From NCBI GenBank assembly GCA_050633305.1, contig JBOEGF010000043.1:96001-160000 (forward strand): a stretch of DNA of 64,000 bases. The letters run 5' to 3'. Under the pieces are notes generated by a model that worked only from the letters and a program-made list of their open reading frames with translations, ran no database searches and was not told the origin of the DNA. The stretch's first letter is position 1, and each line of letters opens with the position of its first letter. The DNA is from Nannocystales bacterium. GTDB lineage: Bacteria > Myxococcota_A > Polyangia > Nannocystales > Nannocystaceae. The translations under genes and the position numbers were made by a program. This document shows positions 21,824 through 31,746 of the stretch, piece by piece.

Positions 21824-23419
21824 TCAGGCCTGCGTCGTGATGTGCTCGTAGGCGGGCAAGGTGAGGAAGTCTTCGAGTGTGTCGGCGGTGGAGATCGATT
21901 CGAACAGCTCGCGAGCGAGGGGAAACTTGCCGCCGGTGAAGCGGGCGTCACCGACCTCGGCCTCGATGATCTTCATCTCGTCGTCGATGACGCTGGCGAG
22001 ACGGGCAGCCGTGACGGGGGCGCCTCCAACATCGACGCCGTGTTTGATCCACTGCCAAACCTGCGCCCGGGAAATCTCGGCGGTCGCTGCGTCTTCCATC
22101 AAGTTGTACAGGGGGACGCAACCGTTCCCGCGGAGCCAAGCTTCGAGGTACTGGATGCCGACTCGGACATTGAGGCGCAGGCCCGCTTCGGTGCGGATGC
22201 CTTGGGGCGCTGCGACCAGAGCCGCGGCGTCGGCCTGGACATCGTCGCGCGCCTTGTCGATCTGATTGCCGCCTGGCATGTGCTTGTCGAACACGGCCCG
22301 TGCGACAGGGATGAGGGCAGGGTGGGCGACCCAGGTCCCATCGTGTCCGTTTTGGACCTCGCGGAGTTTGTCTGCCGTGACCTTGGCGAGTGCTGCGTCG
22401 TTGGCCTGCGCATCACCCTTGATTGGGATCTGTGCCGCCATCCCGCCCATCGCGTGAATGCCTCGCCGGTGGCATGTCTTGATGACCAGGTTGGAGTACG
22501 CGGCCATGAACGGTTGCGTCATGCCGACCTCACCACGATCGGGAAGCACGAACTCGGCGTGGTTTCTCAGCGTCTTGATGTACGAGAAGATGTAGTCCCA
22601 GCGGCCGCAGTTGAGCCCGGCGGAGTGGTCACGCAGCTCGTAGAGAATCTCGTCCATTTCGAAGGCTGCGGGGAGCGTCTCGATCAGGACCGTCGCGCGA
22701 ATGCTGCCTTGCGGGACACCCAACGCATCCTGAGCGTGGACGAACACGTCGTTCCACAGCCGAGCCTCGAGATGGCTCTGTAGCTTGGGCAAGTAGAAGT
22801 ACGGGCCCGAGCCCCGTGCCAGCAGTTCTTTGGCGTTGTGGAAGAAGAACAGGCCGAAGTCGACCAAGCCGCCCGTGGCGGGGAGCCCATCGACGAGGAG
22901 GTGCTGCTCGGGGAGGTGCCACCCGCGCGGTCGGACGAGCAGCGTCGCAAGGCCCTCGTCTCGAAGGGCGTAGGACTTTCCGCGAGATTTGTCCTCGAAG
23001 CTCAGTGTGCCGCGAACGGCCTCACCCAGCGCCCGTTGCCCGACCATCAGGTTTTCCCAGGTCGGTGCGTTCGAGTCCTCGAAGTCGGCCATGAACGTGT
23101 TCGCGCCCGAGTTGAGCGCATTGATGATCATCTTGGGGTCCACCGGCCCGGTGATCTCGACGCGGCGGTCTTCGAGGTCCTTGGGGATGGGAGCCACGGT
23201 CCAGTCACCCGTTCGGATGGACTCCGTCTCCGTCAGAAACTGTGGCAGCGTTCCCGCGTCGTACTGGGCCTGCGTCCGTTTTCTGCGTTCGAGCAGCTGC
23301 AGCGCTCGGGGTCGGAACGTCCGAACGAGCGTCTCGACGAACGCGAGCGCGTCCGGAGTGAGGATAGAAGCGTGGTCCGCGCTGGGGGCGGCGATCGTCA
23401 ATCCTTCGGGATGGCTCAT
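21824..23419 (-). CDS. aceB: Malate synthase A
   Basis: [65 protein letters not shown]. Confidence 0.98.
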   Translation of the reverse strand: MSHPEGLTIAAPSADHASILTPDALAFVETLVRTFRPRALQLLERRKRTQAQYDAGTLPQFLTETESIRTGDWTVAPIPKDLEDRRVEITGPVDPKMIINALNSGANTFMADFEDSNAPTWENLMVGQRALGEAVRGTLSFEDKSRGKSYALRDEGLATLLVRPRGWHLPEQHLLVDGLPATGGLVDFGLFFFHNAKELLARGSGPYFYLPKLQSHLEARLWNDVFVHAQDALGVPQGSIRATVLIETLPAAFEMDEILYELRDHSAGLNCGRWDYIFSYIKTLRNHAEFVLPDRGEVGMTQPFMAAYSNLVIKTCHRRGIHAMGGMAAQIPIKGDAQANDAALAKVTADKLREVQNGHDGTWVAHPALIPVARAVFDKHMPGGNQIDKARDDVQADAAALVAAPQGIRTEAGLRLNVRVGIQYLEAWLRGNGCVPLYNLMEDAATAEISRAQVWQWIKHGVDVGGAPVTAARLASVIDDEMKIIEAEVGDARFTGGKFPLARELFESISTADTLEDFLTLPAYEHITTQA

Positions 23420-23480
23420 GGGGCTCTTCCTGATTGGCGTCGTAGGCGCGAGGCCGGGGCCGAATCGTGTGCGTGTATCT

Positions 23481-23583
23481 TTTTACAAGAATGCTTTCGG
23501 GTCAAGGCGAATATTGTGCACAATTTGCGGTGATATCGCCGTGAAGCAGAGTCGGCGTGAAAGGTGTAAAACATGTAAAAGGA
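23481..23583. promoter_or_regulatory. Divergent aceB/regulator promoter region with candidate operator sites
   Basis: AT-rich island. TTTTACAA at 23481, perfect palindrome ATTGTGCACAAT at 23513-23524, and 9-nt-periodic GTGAAAGGT/GTAAAACAT/GTAAAAGGA at 23557-23583. Confidence 0.6.
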
Positions 23584-23601
23584 AATGGAGTGTCCGTTGA
23601 G

Positions 23602-25059
23602 GTGAGCAAATTGGGGGCGAGGGTCCGAGAAATGCGCAAAGCGCGGGGGCTCACGCAGGTCGAGCTCGCACGCCGACTGGGCATCTCGGGCAGCTATCTC
23701 AACCTGATCGAGCATCAGCAGCGCTCGCTCACCGCGTCCTTGCTGCTTCGCCTGGCCAAGGAGTTCGAGGTGGAGCTCGCCGCATTCGATGCGGACGACA
23801 CGTTGCTGCCCGATCTGTCCGAAGTGCTGGCCGACCCGGTGTTTGGGCAGGGGCCGGCGACCCAGAACGAACTGCAGGGGCTCGTCGACGCCTCGCCGGA
23901 GCTTGCCCGACGGTTGGTCAAGCTCTTCCGTGCGTACCAAGAGGCCAGTCGTTCTGCGGACTCGCTCGCGGCGCGGATCTACGACGACCACCAGGAGGTG
24001 GGCCCGGTCCGGACGGCACTGGCATCCGAAGAGGTCAGCGACTTCATCCAGCGCGAGGGCAACTACTTCGATGTCCTCGAGGGGCATGCCGATGCGCTTC
24101 GCAGGGCGCTCGAGCTCCCGGTCGATGACGACGACGCCGTGACGCGGTCCCGGCAGCTGCTCGAGCCGAGGTTGGTCGAGTTCCTTCGAGAACGCCACGG
24201 GGTCGAGGTCGAACTCCAAGGCTCGCGGAAGCGTCCGCTGACTCTACGGCGCTACGACGCGGGGAAGAAGCGGTTGGTCCTGGCAGAGGTACTTCCGGAC
24301 GCCAGTCGCATTTTTCAGCTCGCCGCCCAGTACGCGCTCATCGAGCATGATGAACTCCTCACCGATCTTGCACGGCACTCTCTGCTGTCGAGTGAGGGCA
24401 GCGTGCGTCTGGCCAGGGTCGTGCTTGCGAACTACTTCGCTTCGGCGGTCCAGATGCCCTACGTCGCGATGCGCAAAGCGGTCACCAAGGAGCGCTACGA
24501 CATCGAACTCCTCGGTCAGCGCTTTGGGGCCAGCTTCGAGCAGGTGTGCCATCGAATCACGTCGCTGCGACGGCCCTCGGATGAAGGGGTTCCGTTTCAC
24601 ATGATTCGGGTCGACCTCGCCGGTAACATCTCCAAGCGCTACTCCGCTTCCGGCATCCGATTCGCCCGATTCGCGGGCGCCTGTCCGCGGTGGAACGTCT
24701 TTCGATCGTTCCTGTCCCCAGGGGCCATACGAGTCCAGACATCGGTCATGCCCGATGGGCAGGTCTTTTTCTGCGTCGCTCGGACGGTGTTGCGCGTGCA
24801 CGGCGACCACCATGTGCCCCGGACGATCCAAGCGATCGGCCTCGGCTGCCGAGTCGAGCATGCGCGTGAGATGATCTACTCGGACGGCGTCGATGTGGAC
24901 ACGGTCGAGAGCGCGCTGCCGATCGGCGTCACGTGTCGGCTGTGCGAGCGCATGGATTGTGAGCAGCGCGCGTTTCCGTCCATCCGCAGCGGAGCGCCCA
25001 TCGACGAGCACTACCGGGGTCCTTCCCCATACGCGCTGCCCGACGATGACTCGCGGTAA
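23602..25059 (+). CDS. ramB: XRE-family short-chain fatty acyl-CoA regulator (RamB/PccR/PrpR/ScfR type)
   Basis: N-terminal HTH_XRE (GLTQVELARRLGISGSYLNLIE), NYFASAVQMPY, SFEQVCHRITSL, RVDLAGNISKR, CPRWNVF, C-terminal CRLCERMDC. Divergent from aceBA. Start could be 23590 or 23602. Confidence 0.88.
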   Translation: MSKLGARVREMRKARGLTQVELARRLGISGSYLNLIEHQQRSLTASLLLRLAKEFEVELAAFDADDTLLPDLSEVLADPVFGQGPATQNELQGLVDASPELARRLVKLFRAYQEASRSADSLAARIYDDHQEVGPVRTALASEEVSDFIQREGNYFDVLEGHADALRRALELPVDDDDAVTRSRQLLEPRLVEFLRERHGVEVELQGSRKRPLTLRRYDAGKKRLVLAEVLPDASRIFQLAAQYALIEHDELLTDLARHSLLSSEGSVRLARVVLANYFASAVQMPYVAMRKAVTKERYDIELLGQRFGASFEQVCHRITSLRRPSDEGVPFHMIRVDLAGNISKRYSASGIRFARFAGACPRWNVFRSFLSPGAIRVQTSVMPDGQVFFCVARTVLRVHGDHHVPRTIQAIGLGCRVEHAREMIYSDGVDVDTVESALPIGVTCRLCERMDCEQRAFPSIRSGAPIDEHYRGPSPYALPDDDSR

Positions 25060-25191
25060 GTGCGCGTTCCGCGTGCAAGCTTGAAAGAGCCGCTGCGAAG
25101 CGCTGCGAACGGGCTTTCGGCCGCTCCGACTCGACATCGGTCGGATGCGCAGTCACTATCTTGGCTCCGTTCTCCTACATCGGTCTACATC

Positions 25192-26157
25192 ATGTCAGCG
25201 CTCCGTATTTCCGCCGCGATTCTTCTTGGACTCAGCCTCATCGCTTGTGACGACGACTCCGAGGGCCGCGCGGCACCTGCCGAGGGTGGCGTGGGTGGGA
25301 AGGCTGATGACGTGGCGGGGGCCGAGCTCGATCCTGAGATTCAGCAGGAGCACCTGCGCGCGGTCGGGGTCTGCGAGACCACCGCGCGCCGCGGACGGGA
25401 GCGGACCAGCGTGCTTCGTTTCGCCGAGCGAACCGAGATCGAACAAGACCGGATCGAGTGTCTCTCCGATGCCAACGATGCTGTTCGGTCGGCGCTCGCA
25501 CTGACGCTTGATCTCACCGCGCCCGAGCTGTCCGACGACGTCGGCACGGCGTTCAACGTCTGGCGCTCCGAGCACAGCAAGTTGTGCTCGGCGTTTCTCG
25601 AGGCACACGACGAGGTGCTGGAGAAGTCGATCTCGGCGGTGGACGCTGGCTGTCTCGCTTTGGCCGAGCTCCACCTCGCCGAAGCCGTCGAGGCGTTCGC
25701 AGATCTGGGGGGCGGACGGGCCTCGGCCCCGGACGCCCAGGCGCAGTACCCGGAGTGTTACGAGTTCTATGAGCTCGCGCTCGAGGACGTCGGAGCGGAT
25801 GCGAGCTCCGAGATCCCCGAAGCGGCGTCCGAGGCGTTACTGCAGGCCCAGGTCGATGGGACCGAGTTGTTTGCGGACTGCATCGAGGAGGAGTTGCTCG
25901 AGGCGATCCCGGTGCTGTCGTCACGCGTACTGGTGTCGTACCCCGGGCGCGATGAGGACCAGGTCGACCAGACGCTGCGCAGCGCGTTCGAGGGCGGCTC
26001 GGACGGCATCGCACAGGTCTGCGACGTGCTGGGCTACTCCGCCGCGGAGGGAGGCGCTCTGGGGGTGCAGCAGTGCCGAACCGCGGCCGCCATGTGGCGC
26101 CACGAGCTTCTGGCCTACGTGGTTCCCGAAGCGGCCCCCGCTGGCGGCGGGGAGTAG
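25192..26157 (+). CDS. Hypothetical helical lipoprotein (GKAD motif)
   Basis: Lipobox LIAC, GGKADD motif, spaced Cys residues. Confidence 0.75.
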   Translation: MSALRISAAILLGLSLIACDDDSEGRAAPAEGGVGGKADDVAGAELDPEIQQEHLRAVGVCETTARRGRERTSVLRFAERTEIEQDRIECLSDANDAVRSALALTLDLTAPELSDDVGTAFNVWRSEHSKLCSAFLEAHDEVLEKSISAVDAGCLALAELHLAEAVEAFADLGGGRASAPDAQAQYPECYEFYELALEDVGADASSEIPEAASEALLQAQVDGTELFADCIEEELLEAIPVLSSRVLVSYPGRDEDQVDQTLRSAFEGGSDGIAQVCDVLGYSAAEGGALGVQQCRTAAAMWRHELLAYVVPEAAPAGGGE

Positions 26158-26182
26158 CCCAGCGGGCTCGAGGCCTCATGAC

Positions 26183-26218
26183 AAAGGCGCCCAGGCCGAT
26201 GGCCGGGGCGCCTTTTTT
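26183..26218 (+). terminator. Rho-independent terminator, possibly bidirectional
   Basis: AAAGGCGCCC-AGGCC-GAT-GGCC-GGGGCGCC-TTTTTT between convergent genes. Confidence 0.8.
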
Positions 26219-26256
26219 GTCGAGCGCAGCGTGAGGCTCGCTCGACGCGTCGCGAC

Positions 26257-26589
26257 TCAGGCTTGCGCCAGAGTCTCCTTGAGCTCGTCGAACGCCAGGT
26301 CCTTCTCCGAGACCTTGGTCTTGCGGATTGCGGAACGAATCACGGACTCCCACTTGTTCTCGGGGAGGTCCTCCTTCATCGACATCATGATCTCGAGGAT
26401 CTCGTCGTCGCCAGCGGCGTTGTAGATGGTGGTCTTGTCGTAGTGGAGCGTTTCGAGCAGGGCCTGGATGTAGCCACCCGGGGTGGCATCCATGTCCTCA
26501 CGGTTGCCGACGCGCCGAGACTCGACCGCCGTTTTCTTCTCCCGGCGTTTGAGCTCTCGTTCGATACGTTCTTGGTCAGTACGTTTCAT
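26257..26589 (-). CDS. Small hypothetical cytoplasmic protein (110 aa)
   Basis: GAGGAGG RBS upstream of MKRTDQERIE. Host-like codon usage. Confidence 0.75.
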   Translation of the reverse strand: MKRTDQERIERELKRREKKTAVESRRVGNREDMDATPGGYIQALLETLHYDKTTIYNAAGDDEILEIMMSMKEDLPENKWESVIRSAIRKTKVSEKDLAFDELKETLAQA

Positions 26590-26959
26590 GACATCCTCCT
26601 CGCCAAGACGGCGCCTCACGGCGGGGGCGGAGATTCGCCCAAACCGTAGAGGTCGGGGCGGCGTGGTAGCACACCCGCGCCCCGGATTCACCCCACGCCC
26701 GGTGAGGCCCGCCAATGGACCGCAGCGTGCAAGATTCCAACGATGGCGTGGGGTAGCGCCCGGAGCGCTAAGGGACGGATATGGCTCTAGAGCAGCGTTT
26801 AGGGGCGGTTTTGAAGCACCGGACGCGGGTGAGGTCACTCGCGCTCCGTGTCTGGTGTCCTCGTAATACGCAACCCGCCCTGGTGCCAGAGTCAGGCCAG
26901 GACGGGTCGGGTGGAATCGGGGAATGTCTGGGCTTGTTCCGCTCGATACCGCGCCGCTG

Positions 26960-28339
26960 CTACTCGTCGGCCGGCTTCTCGAAGATCTGAAAGTCGAGGT
27001 GCGTGTTGATGGCCGCATCGTCGACCACGACGTTCTGGGTCGTGAAGATCACCCGACTTCCTTCAACGTCCAGCTCCTCGAAGTTGAGCGTTTCGGCGAG
27101 TTGCTCGGTCAGTGCGGCGCGGAACGTCGCGACGAGATCTTGGTTGTCCTCCACCAGGGACTCCTCTTCCTCTGCGGCGACCCCGATGCCTTCGTTCTCT
27201 CCGGGGATCAAGATCGCGGAACCCGCCGTGACCTCGACGCGCTTCATGTTTTCCGAGAGCCGTACCTCGACGGGCATCGAGACGTTGGCGAAGCCGCAGT
27301 AGCCCTCGGCCGTCCGCCACACCCGGAAATCCGTGTTGAGGTTGCTGCCGGTGCCGCCGGCCTCGATCTCGTTGATCGAGACGGCATAGATCCCGTCGGC
27401 GTCCGCTTCGCCGTCTTCGTTGTAGCGGGTGGGGATCTCGCCCTCTTCCATCATCCGCCGCGCCATCGTGTCGAGGAGGATGGGGTCCATCGCGACTCCG
27501 ATCGCGACGCCCTCGGGAAGGGGTGTCTCCACGTCGAGGCCAGCCTCACCGGGCAGGGGAAGGTTGGTGGCGAGGCCGAGGACCAGCCGCTCTTGCTCGC
27601 CCTGGACGAACACCTTGCGGGCCGCCATTTTCACGTCGCCTTGGCCGATGGACCACGACCCGATGGAGAACAGCGCCAGCGGCTCGAAGCCTGCTTGGAT
27701 CTGCTCGGTCATCAGGAGCTTGAGGGCGCCCGCGAGGATCTCGTTCTTGTCGGAGTCGAACCCGTAGACGGAGAGATACCAGTCGTCGATGAACGCTTCG
27801 GAGTAGTCCGCGAGGATCGTTGTCGTTCCATCCCCGGCTTCGAGCTTGAGCGGCACCGCGATGTCGGCGAACCCGGAGCCCGAGGACAGCGGATCGCCTT
27901 CTTGGTCGAGGCGGACACCGAAACTCACGCGCAGCACCACGCACCGACGGCAACCCTCGACATCGCGCACGATGATCTCGGGTACGTCGTTGGCTTCGAA
28001 CTCCGCCTCGCCGGGACCCTCGGGCAGAACGCCAAACGGAACGGTGCCCGCAAAGGGAACGTCGTCGTCGATGATGCCCGCGACGAGCCGGTTGAGCGCG
28101 TCTTCGGTGAGCGTCATCGTGACCGGGAACGGCCCATTCTCCGGGATGTCGCGCAGCGCTCGGTCTTCGGCGTCGACCGTTCGAAGGAAGTTCATCGCCT
28201 GGTTTTCGCAGTCGAAGGTGACGTCTTCGCCGCGGCAGCCGACGAGCGTCGCCATCGCCGTGAGAGCGAGCCCGGCGAGCAGGCGGGGCGCCGAAGACGG
28301 CGGGCGCTTGGAAGTAGGTGCAACGATAGACATGCTCAT
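26960..28339 (-). CDS. Hypothetical lipoprotein
   Basis: Lipobox LVGC, acidic beta-rich body, strong GC3 bias. Confidence 0.75.
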   Translation of the reverse strand: MSMSIVAPTSKRPPSSAPRLLAGLALTAMATLVGCRGEDVTFDCENQAMNFLRTVDAEDRALRDIPENGPFPVTMTLTEDALNRLVAGIIDDDVPFAGTVPFGVLPEGPGEAEFEANDVPEIIVRDVEGCRRCVVLRVSFGVRLDQEGDPLSSGSGFADIAVPLKLEAGDGTTTILADYSEAFIDDWYLSVYGFDSDKNEILAGALKLLMTEQIQAGFEPLALFSIGSWSIGQGDVKMAARKVFVQGEQERLVLGLATNLPLPGEAGLDVETPLPEGVAIGVAMDPILLDTMARRMMEEGEIPTRYNEDGEADADGIYAVSINEIEAGGTGSNLNTDFRVWRTAEGYCGFANVSMPVEVRLSENMKRVEVTAGSAILIPGENEGIGVAAEEEESLVEDNQDLVATFRAALTEQLAETLNFEELDVEGSRVIFTTQNVVVDDAAINTHLDFQIFEKPADE

Positions 28340-28475
28340 GAGCCACCGCCGGGAACGGCGCTTCACTCATAGTGGTCTCGATTGGTGGGCCGGGGCAAGC
28401 CGCGACCGTCAGTTGCCCTATTCGGGGAAAATCGCCTCAGTCGTGTTCGGGCTCGATCCCTGCTAACGTCCGCGC

Positions 28476-29048
28476 GTGGTGGCCGCTTCCGCAGCACATC
28501 GTCTTGGCTCCTTCGTGGCCCTCGCGACGCTCGTTCTGAGCAGCGCGTGCTTCGACTCGGATCAGAAGTCCTCGCCGCGCTCCGTGGGCACGACCGGCGA
28601 GCCGGACCCCACGACGACCTCCGATGGGTCGTCCTCTTCGGGGAGCCTCGAGTCGACGACGATGGAGCCGGAGTTCACCTGCCGAGATGCGGTTGTGTGC
28701 ATCCAGCAGTGCGCGTTCGACCTGGCGATCAACCCCAGCGTTGAGCCTGACCTCGGGTGCCTGCTCGACTGCGTCGAGGAGAATCTGACCGTCCGTGAGA
28801 CCTACCACCTGCTGCAGCTGAGCAACTGCGCCGCGGACGAGTGCGAGCAGACCAACGAGTGCATGCCCGAGGGCGCAGGTACCGGCGGCGACACCGACAC
28901 CGACACCGACACGACCGGTGGGGGAGGTGGCGACGATGGCGGCGGAATCATCGACCCGTGCCTGCAGTGCATCTTCCTCGAGATGAGCAACCCCGAGCCG
29001 ACCGTCTGCGTCGAGTTCCACGAACTCTGCAACGAGATGCCGGACTAG
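28476..29048 (+). CDS. Cys-rich lipoprotein
   Basis: Lipobox SSAC, S/T linker, about 12 Cys, DTDTDT and poly-G linker. Confidence 0.75.
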   Translation: MVAASAAHRLGSFVALATLVLSSACFDSDQKSSPRSVGTTGEPDPTTTSDGSSSSGSLESTTMEPEFTCRDAVVCIQQCAFDLAINPSVEPDLGCLLDCVEENLTVRETYHLLQLSNCAADECEQTNECMPEGAGTGGDTDTDTDTTGGGGGDDGGGIIDPCLQCIFLEMSNPEPTVCVEFHELCNEMPD

Positions 29049-29162
29049 AGCGCCGATCGGTTCTAAATCGGCGAGCGACGCACTCTGCAGGCCGTTTCGA
29101 CGATCGCCGCTCTCGCTGTGCGGGGGTCCAGCCGACGCTGGGCCCCGGCGCACAGTCTCGAG

Positions 29163-30062
29163 CTACTCGCAGTCGATCGGGACCTGCGTGATGTAGCCGC
29201 CGCGCGCGAACCAGTGTAGGTGGCGAACGGTGCACGTGAGGGCCCCCGAGTGCTCCGCTGTGACTGTGATGTCGCCCGCTTCGGTGTCAGCGACGTTGAA
29301 CAAGACCGCAGCGGGGAGGGTGGCAAACCCGATCTCGGTCGAGTCGAGGACCGGCGCACCGTTCTCGCTTGGCGCGTAGAACGTGCCCGCGGGGGGCGGT
29401 GGATCGATGGTCAAGGTGACCGTCCCCGACTCGATCGCGGCCGGGTTGACGCGCAAGATGACGATGCCCTGGTCGAGATCGGCGGGCTCGGGGTCCTGAG
29501 ACTCGAGCGCATTGAGCTGCGCCTCGATGAAGGGTCCCTGGACCGACGTGGCGTCGACGTCGTCCCGGTCTTGAGTGCCCGTCCGCTCGGGGACGATACT
29601 GCCCGCGTACGGCGGCTTTCCGTCGGGTTGAGCCTCTATGATGATGTTGACCGGCGTATCTGGAACCAGGCTTTCGAACGTGAAGGCTCCGCTGGCGTCG
29701 GTGGTGGTGGTGGCCGCCGCGTCGATATCGAGGCTCACGGTCAGCCCTTCGATGCCCAGAATGCCCAGGAAGTCGGTGACTGCGCCGCCCAGGCTGACTT
29801 CCGAGGGGAGTGAGCCCGTCGAGGAGCTGTCGGCCTCGCCTGGCCCGCTGCTGCTGGAACTCGCGGGCGCGTCCGTCGTGCTGCTGCTCGAGGCCGAGGG
29901 GTCCAACATCGCTCCGGAGCTGCTGCTCCCCTCGGTCGTTGTGGTGCCCACGGCTCCGGTCGAACCGGCGACGTTTCCGGGGTCGGAGTCGTCCCCGCAT
30001 CCTGGGGCGATGAGCCCCATCGTTGACAGGCAAGTGCAAACCAAGCGCATCGAAGCTTTCAT
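29163..30062 (-). CDS. Lipoprotein with carboxypeptidase-regulatory-like beta-sandwich
   Basis: Lipobox APGC, S/T linker, TTTDASGAF motif. Confidence 0.72.
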   Translation of the reverse strand: MKASMRLVCTCLSTMGLIAPGCGDDSDPGNVAGSTGAVGTTTTEGSSSSGAMLDPSASSSSTTDAPASSSSSGPGEADSSSTGSLPSEVSLGGAVTDFLGILGIEGLTVSLDIDAAATTTTDASGAFTFESLVPDTPVNIIIEAQPDGKPPYAGSIVPERTGTQDRDDVDATSVQGPFIEAQLNALESQDPEPADLDQGIVILRVNPAAIESGTVTLTIDPPPPAGTFYAPSENGAPVLDSTEIGFATLPAAVLFNVADTEAGDITVTAEHSGALTCTVRHLHWFARGGYITQVPIDCE

Positions 30063-30144
30063 GTCGATCTTCCTCGCCTGGGAGCGTAGCAGGGCTCGCT
30101 CGGGGCTACCGCCTGGGGCGCCGGTGCGATAGAAACGGAGCGAG

Positions 30145-31641
30145 ATGATGCGTGCCTCCGTCACCGTCGGCATCTGTTTGGGCCTTTGCGTGCTCGCCTC
30201 CGACGCGAATGCGGCTGAAGAGCCCGCAGCGGAGGGAACCGCCTCGGCCAGCATCGGTGGCCCCAAGGGGAAGGCCGAGTTTGAGGCCTCTCAAAAGACG
30301 GAGCGCGAGGAACTCGAGGAGACTCAGTACAAGCGCACCGATCAGCCGTGGATCAAGCGCTGGAGGCCGGAGCGGCACATGGTCGAGCTCGGCATCTACG
30401 GCGGAGTGTTCCTCGCCAACCCCGACCACGACTTCTACGACCCGAAGACACAACCGCAGGAGCCGCTGTGGGCCGTGTCTCCCGACGTCGGGTTGCGCTT
30501 GGGCTACTTCCCGCTGCGTGTGCTCGGGGTCGAGGGCGAGTTCTCCGCCAACCCAACGCGCGTCCGAAGCATCACCAACGACTTCGCGTTTGTGTACGGC
30601 TTTCGCGGACACGCCGTCGCGCAGTTGCCGTTCCACTCCGTGACCCCGTTCTTCCTGGCCGGGTACGGCGCGATGGGTGTTCGATCGAACATCATCCTGC
30701 TGGGGAACGACATCGATCCTGCGTTCCACTACGGCGGTGGTGTGAAGGCGTACTTCAACCGGTGGATCGGCGCCCGCATCGAGATGCGGAACATCGTCAG
30801 CGCCGCGCAGAACCGGCAGGACTCCGGTATCTCGCACCTGCAGATCCTCGCGGGCCTCACGTTCACGTTCAATCGAAGCAAGCCGCAGCCGTTGCCACCT
30901 CCGGCCGCGTACGTGGATCCCGACCGCGATCGGGACGGCTTCCTCAACGAAAAAGACGACTGTCCAGACGCTGCAGGTGTCGAGCCCGACGGCTGCCCGG
31001 ACACCGACGGCGATGGCTTCAAGGACTCGATCGACGCGTGTCCTGAGGTCCCGGGCGTCGCGCCTGAAGGCTGCCCGGACAAGGACACCGATGGCGACCG
31101 CATCATGGACTCGGTCGACAAGTGCATCGACGAGCCCGAGGTCTACAACGGCCTCGACGACACCGACGGTTGCCCCGACGAGCTACCGCCGGAGATCAAG
31201 GAGTTCGAGGGGGCCATCGAAGGCATCACCTTCGACTTCGGCAAGGCGACCATCCGCTCCTCGTCCAAGCCCGACCTCGACAAGGCTGTGGCGGTCATGA
31301 CCGAGTACGAGGACGTCCGCGTGATGATCACCGGTCACACCGACAACGTGGGTGAGCCCGAGGCCAACCTGCAGCTCTCTGCGGACCGCGCGGAGGCGGT
31401 GAAGAAGTACCTCACCGACGCTGGCATTGACGGTGGTCGCATCGAGACCGAGGGCAAGGGCGACACCAGTCCTCGCGACACCAACGACACCGAAGCGGGC
31501 CGTGCGAAGAACCGTCGCATCGAGTTTGTTGTCCTGGTCCGCGGGCCGAACGAGGCTGATGCCGAAGGCGAAAAAAAGCCGGCCCGCGGGTCCAAGCCTG
31601 CAGACGGCCCCAAAGCTGCGGCCGACGCCAAGTCCCAGTAA
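30145..31641 (+). CDS. OmpA family outer membrane protein with thrombospondin type 3 repeats
   Basis: N-terminal beta-barrel, DxDxDG..D.CP repeats, ITGHTDNVG, NLQLSADRAEAV, GRAKNRRIE. Confidence 0.93.
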   Translation: MMRASVTVGICLGLCVLASDANAAEEPAAEGTASASIGGPKGKAEFEASQKTEREELEETQYKRTDQPWIKRWRPERHMVELGIYGGVFLANPDHDFYDPKTQPQEPLWAVSPDVGLRLGYFPLRVLGVEGEFSANPTRVRSITNDFAFVYGFRGHAVAQLPFHSVTPFFLAGYGAMGVRSNIILLGNDIDPAFHYGGGVKAYFNRWIGARIEMRNIVSAAQNRQDSGISHLQILAGLTFTFNRSKPQPLPPPAAYVDPDRDRDGFLNEKDDCPDAAGVEPDGCPDTDGDGFKDSIDACPEVPGVAPEGCPDKDTDGDRIMDSVDKCIDEPEVYNGLDDTDGCPDELPPEIKEFEGAIEGITFDFGKATIRSSSKPDLDKAVAVMTEYEDVRVMITGHTDNVGEPEANLQLSADRAEAVKKYLTDAGIDGGRIETEGKGDTSPRDTNDTEAGRAKNRRIEFVVLVRGPNEADAEGEKKPARGSKPADGPKAAADAKSQ

Positions 31642-31668
31642 CCACGGACTTTGCGCTTGAATCCAACC

Positions 31669-31696
31669 ATCCCAGGCACCCGCCCGTGCCTGGGAT
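31669..31696 (+). terminator. Intergenic hairpin after the OmpA gene (terminator or mRNA-stabilising stem)
   Basis: ATCCCAGGCAC / GTGCCTGGGAT 11-bp perfect stem with a 6-nt loop. Weak U tract. Confidence 0.5.
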
Positions 31697-31746
31697 TGAA
31701 GGGTATGGTTCGACCGCGCCATTCACGGCGAAAGGTCTGAATTCCT

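Noticed and set aside
26885..26915. GTCAGGCCAGGACGGG resembling SRP RNA helix 8
   Set aside because: Lacks the conserved GNRA loop/AGCAG motif.
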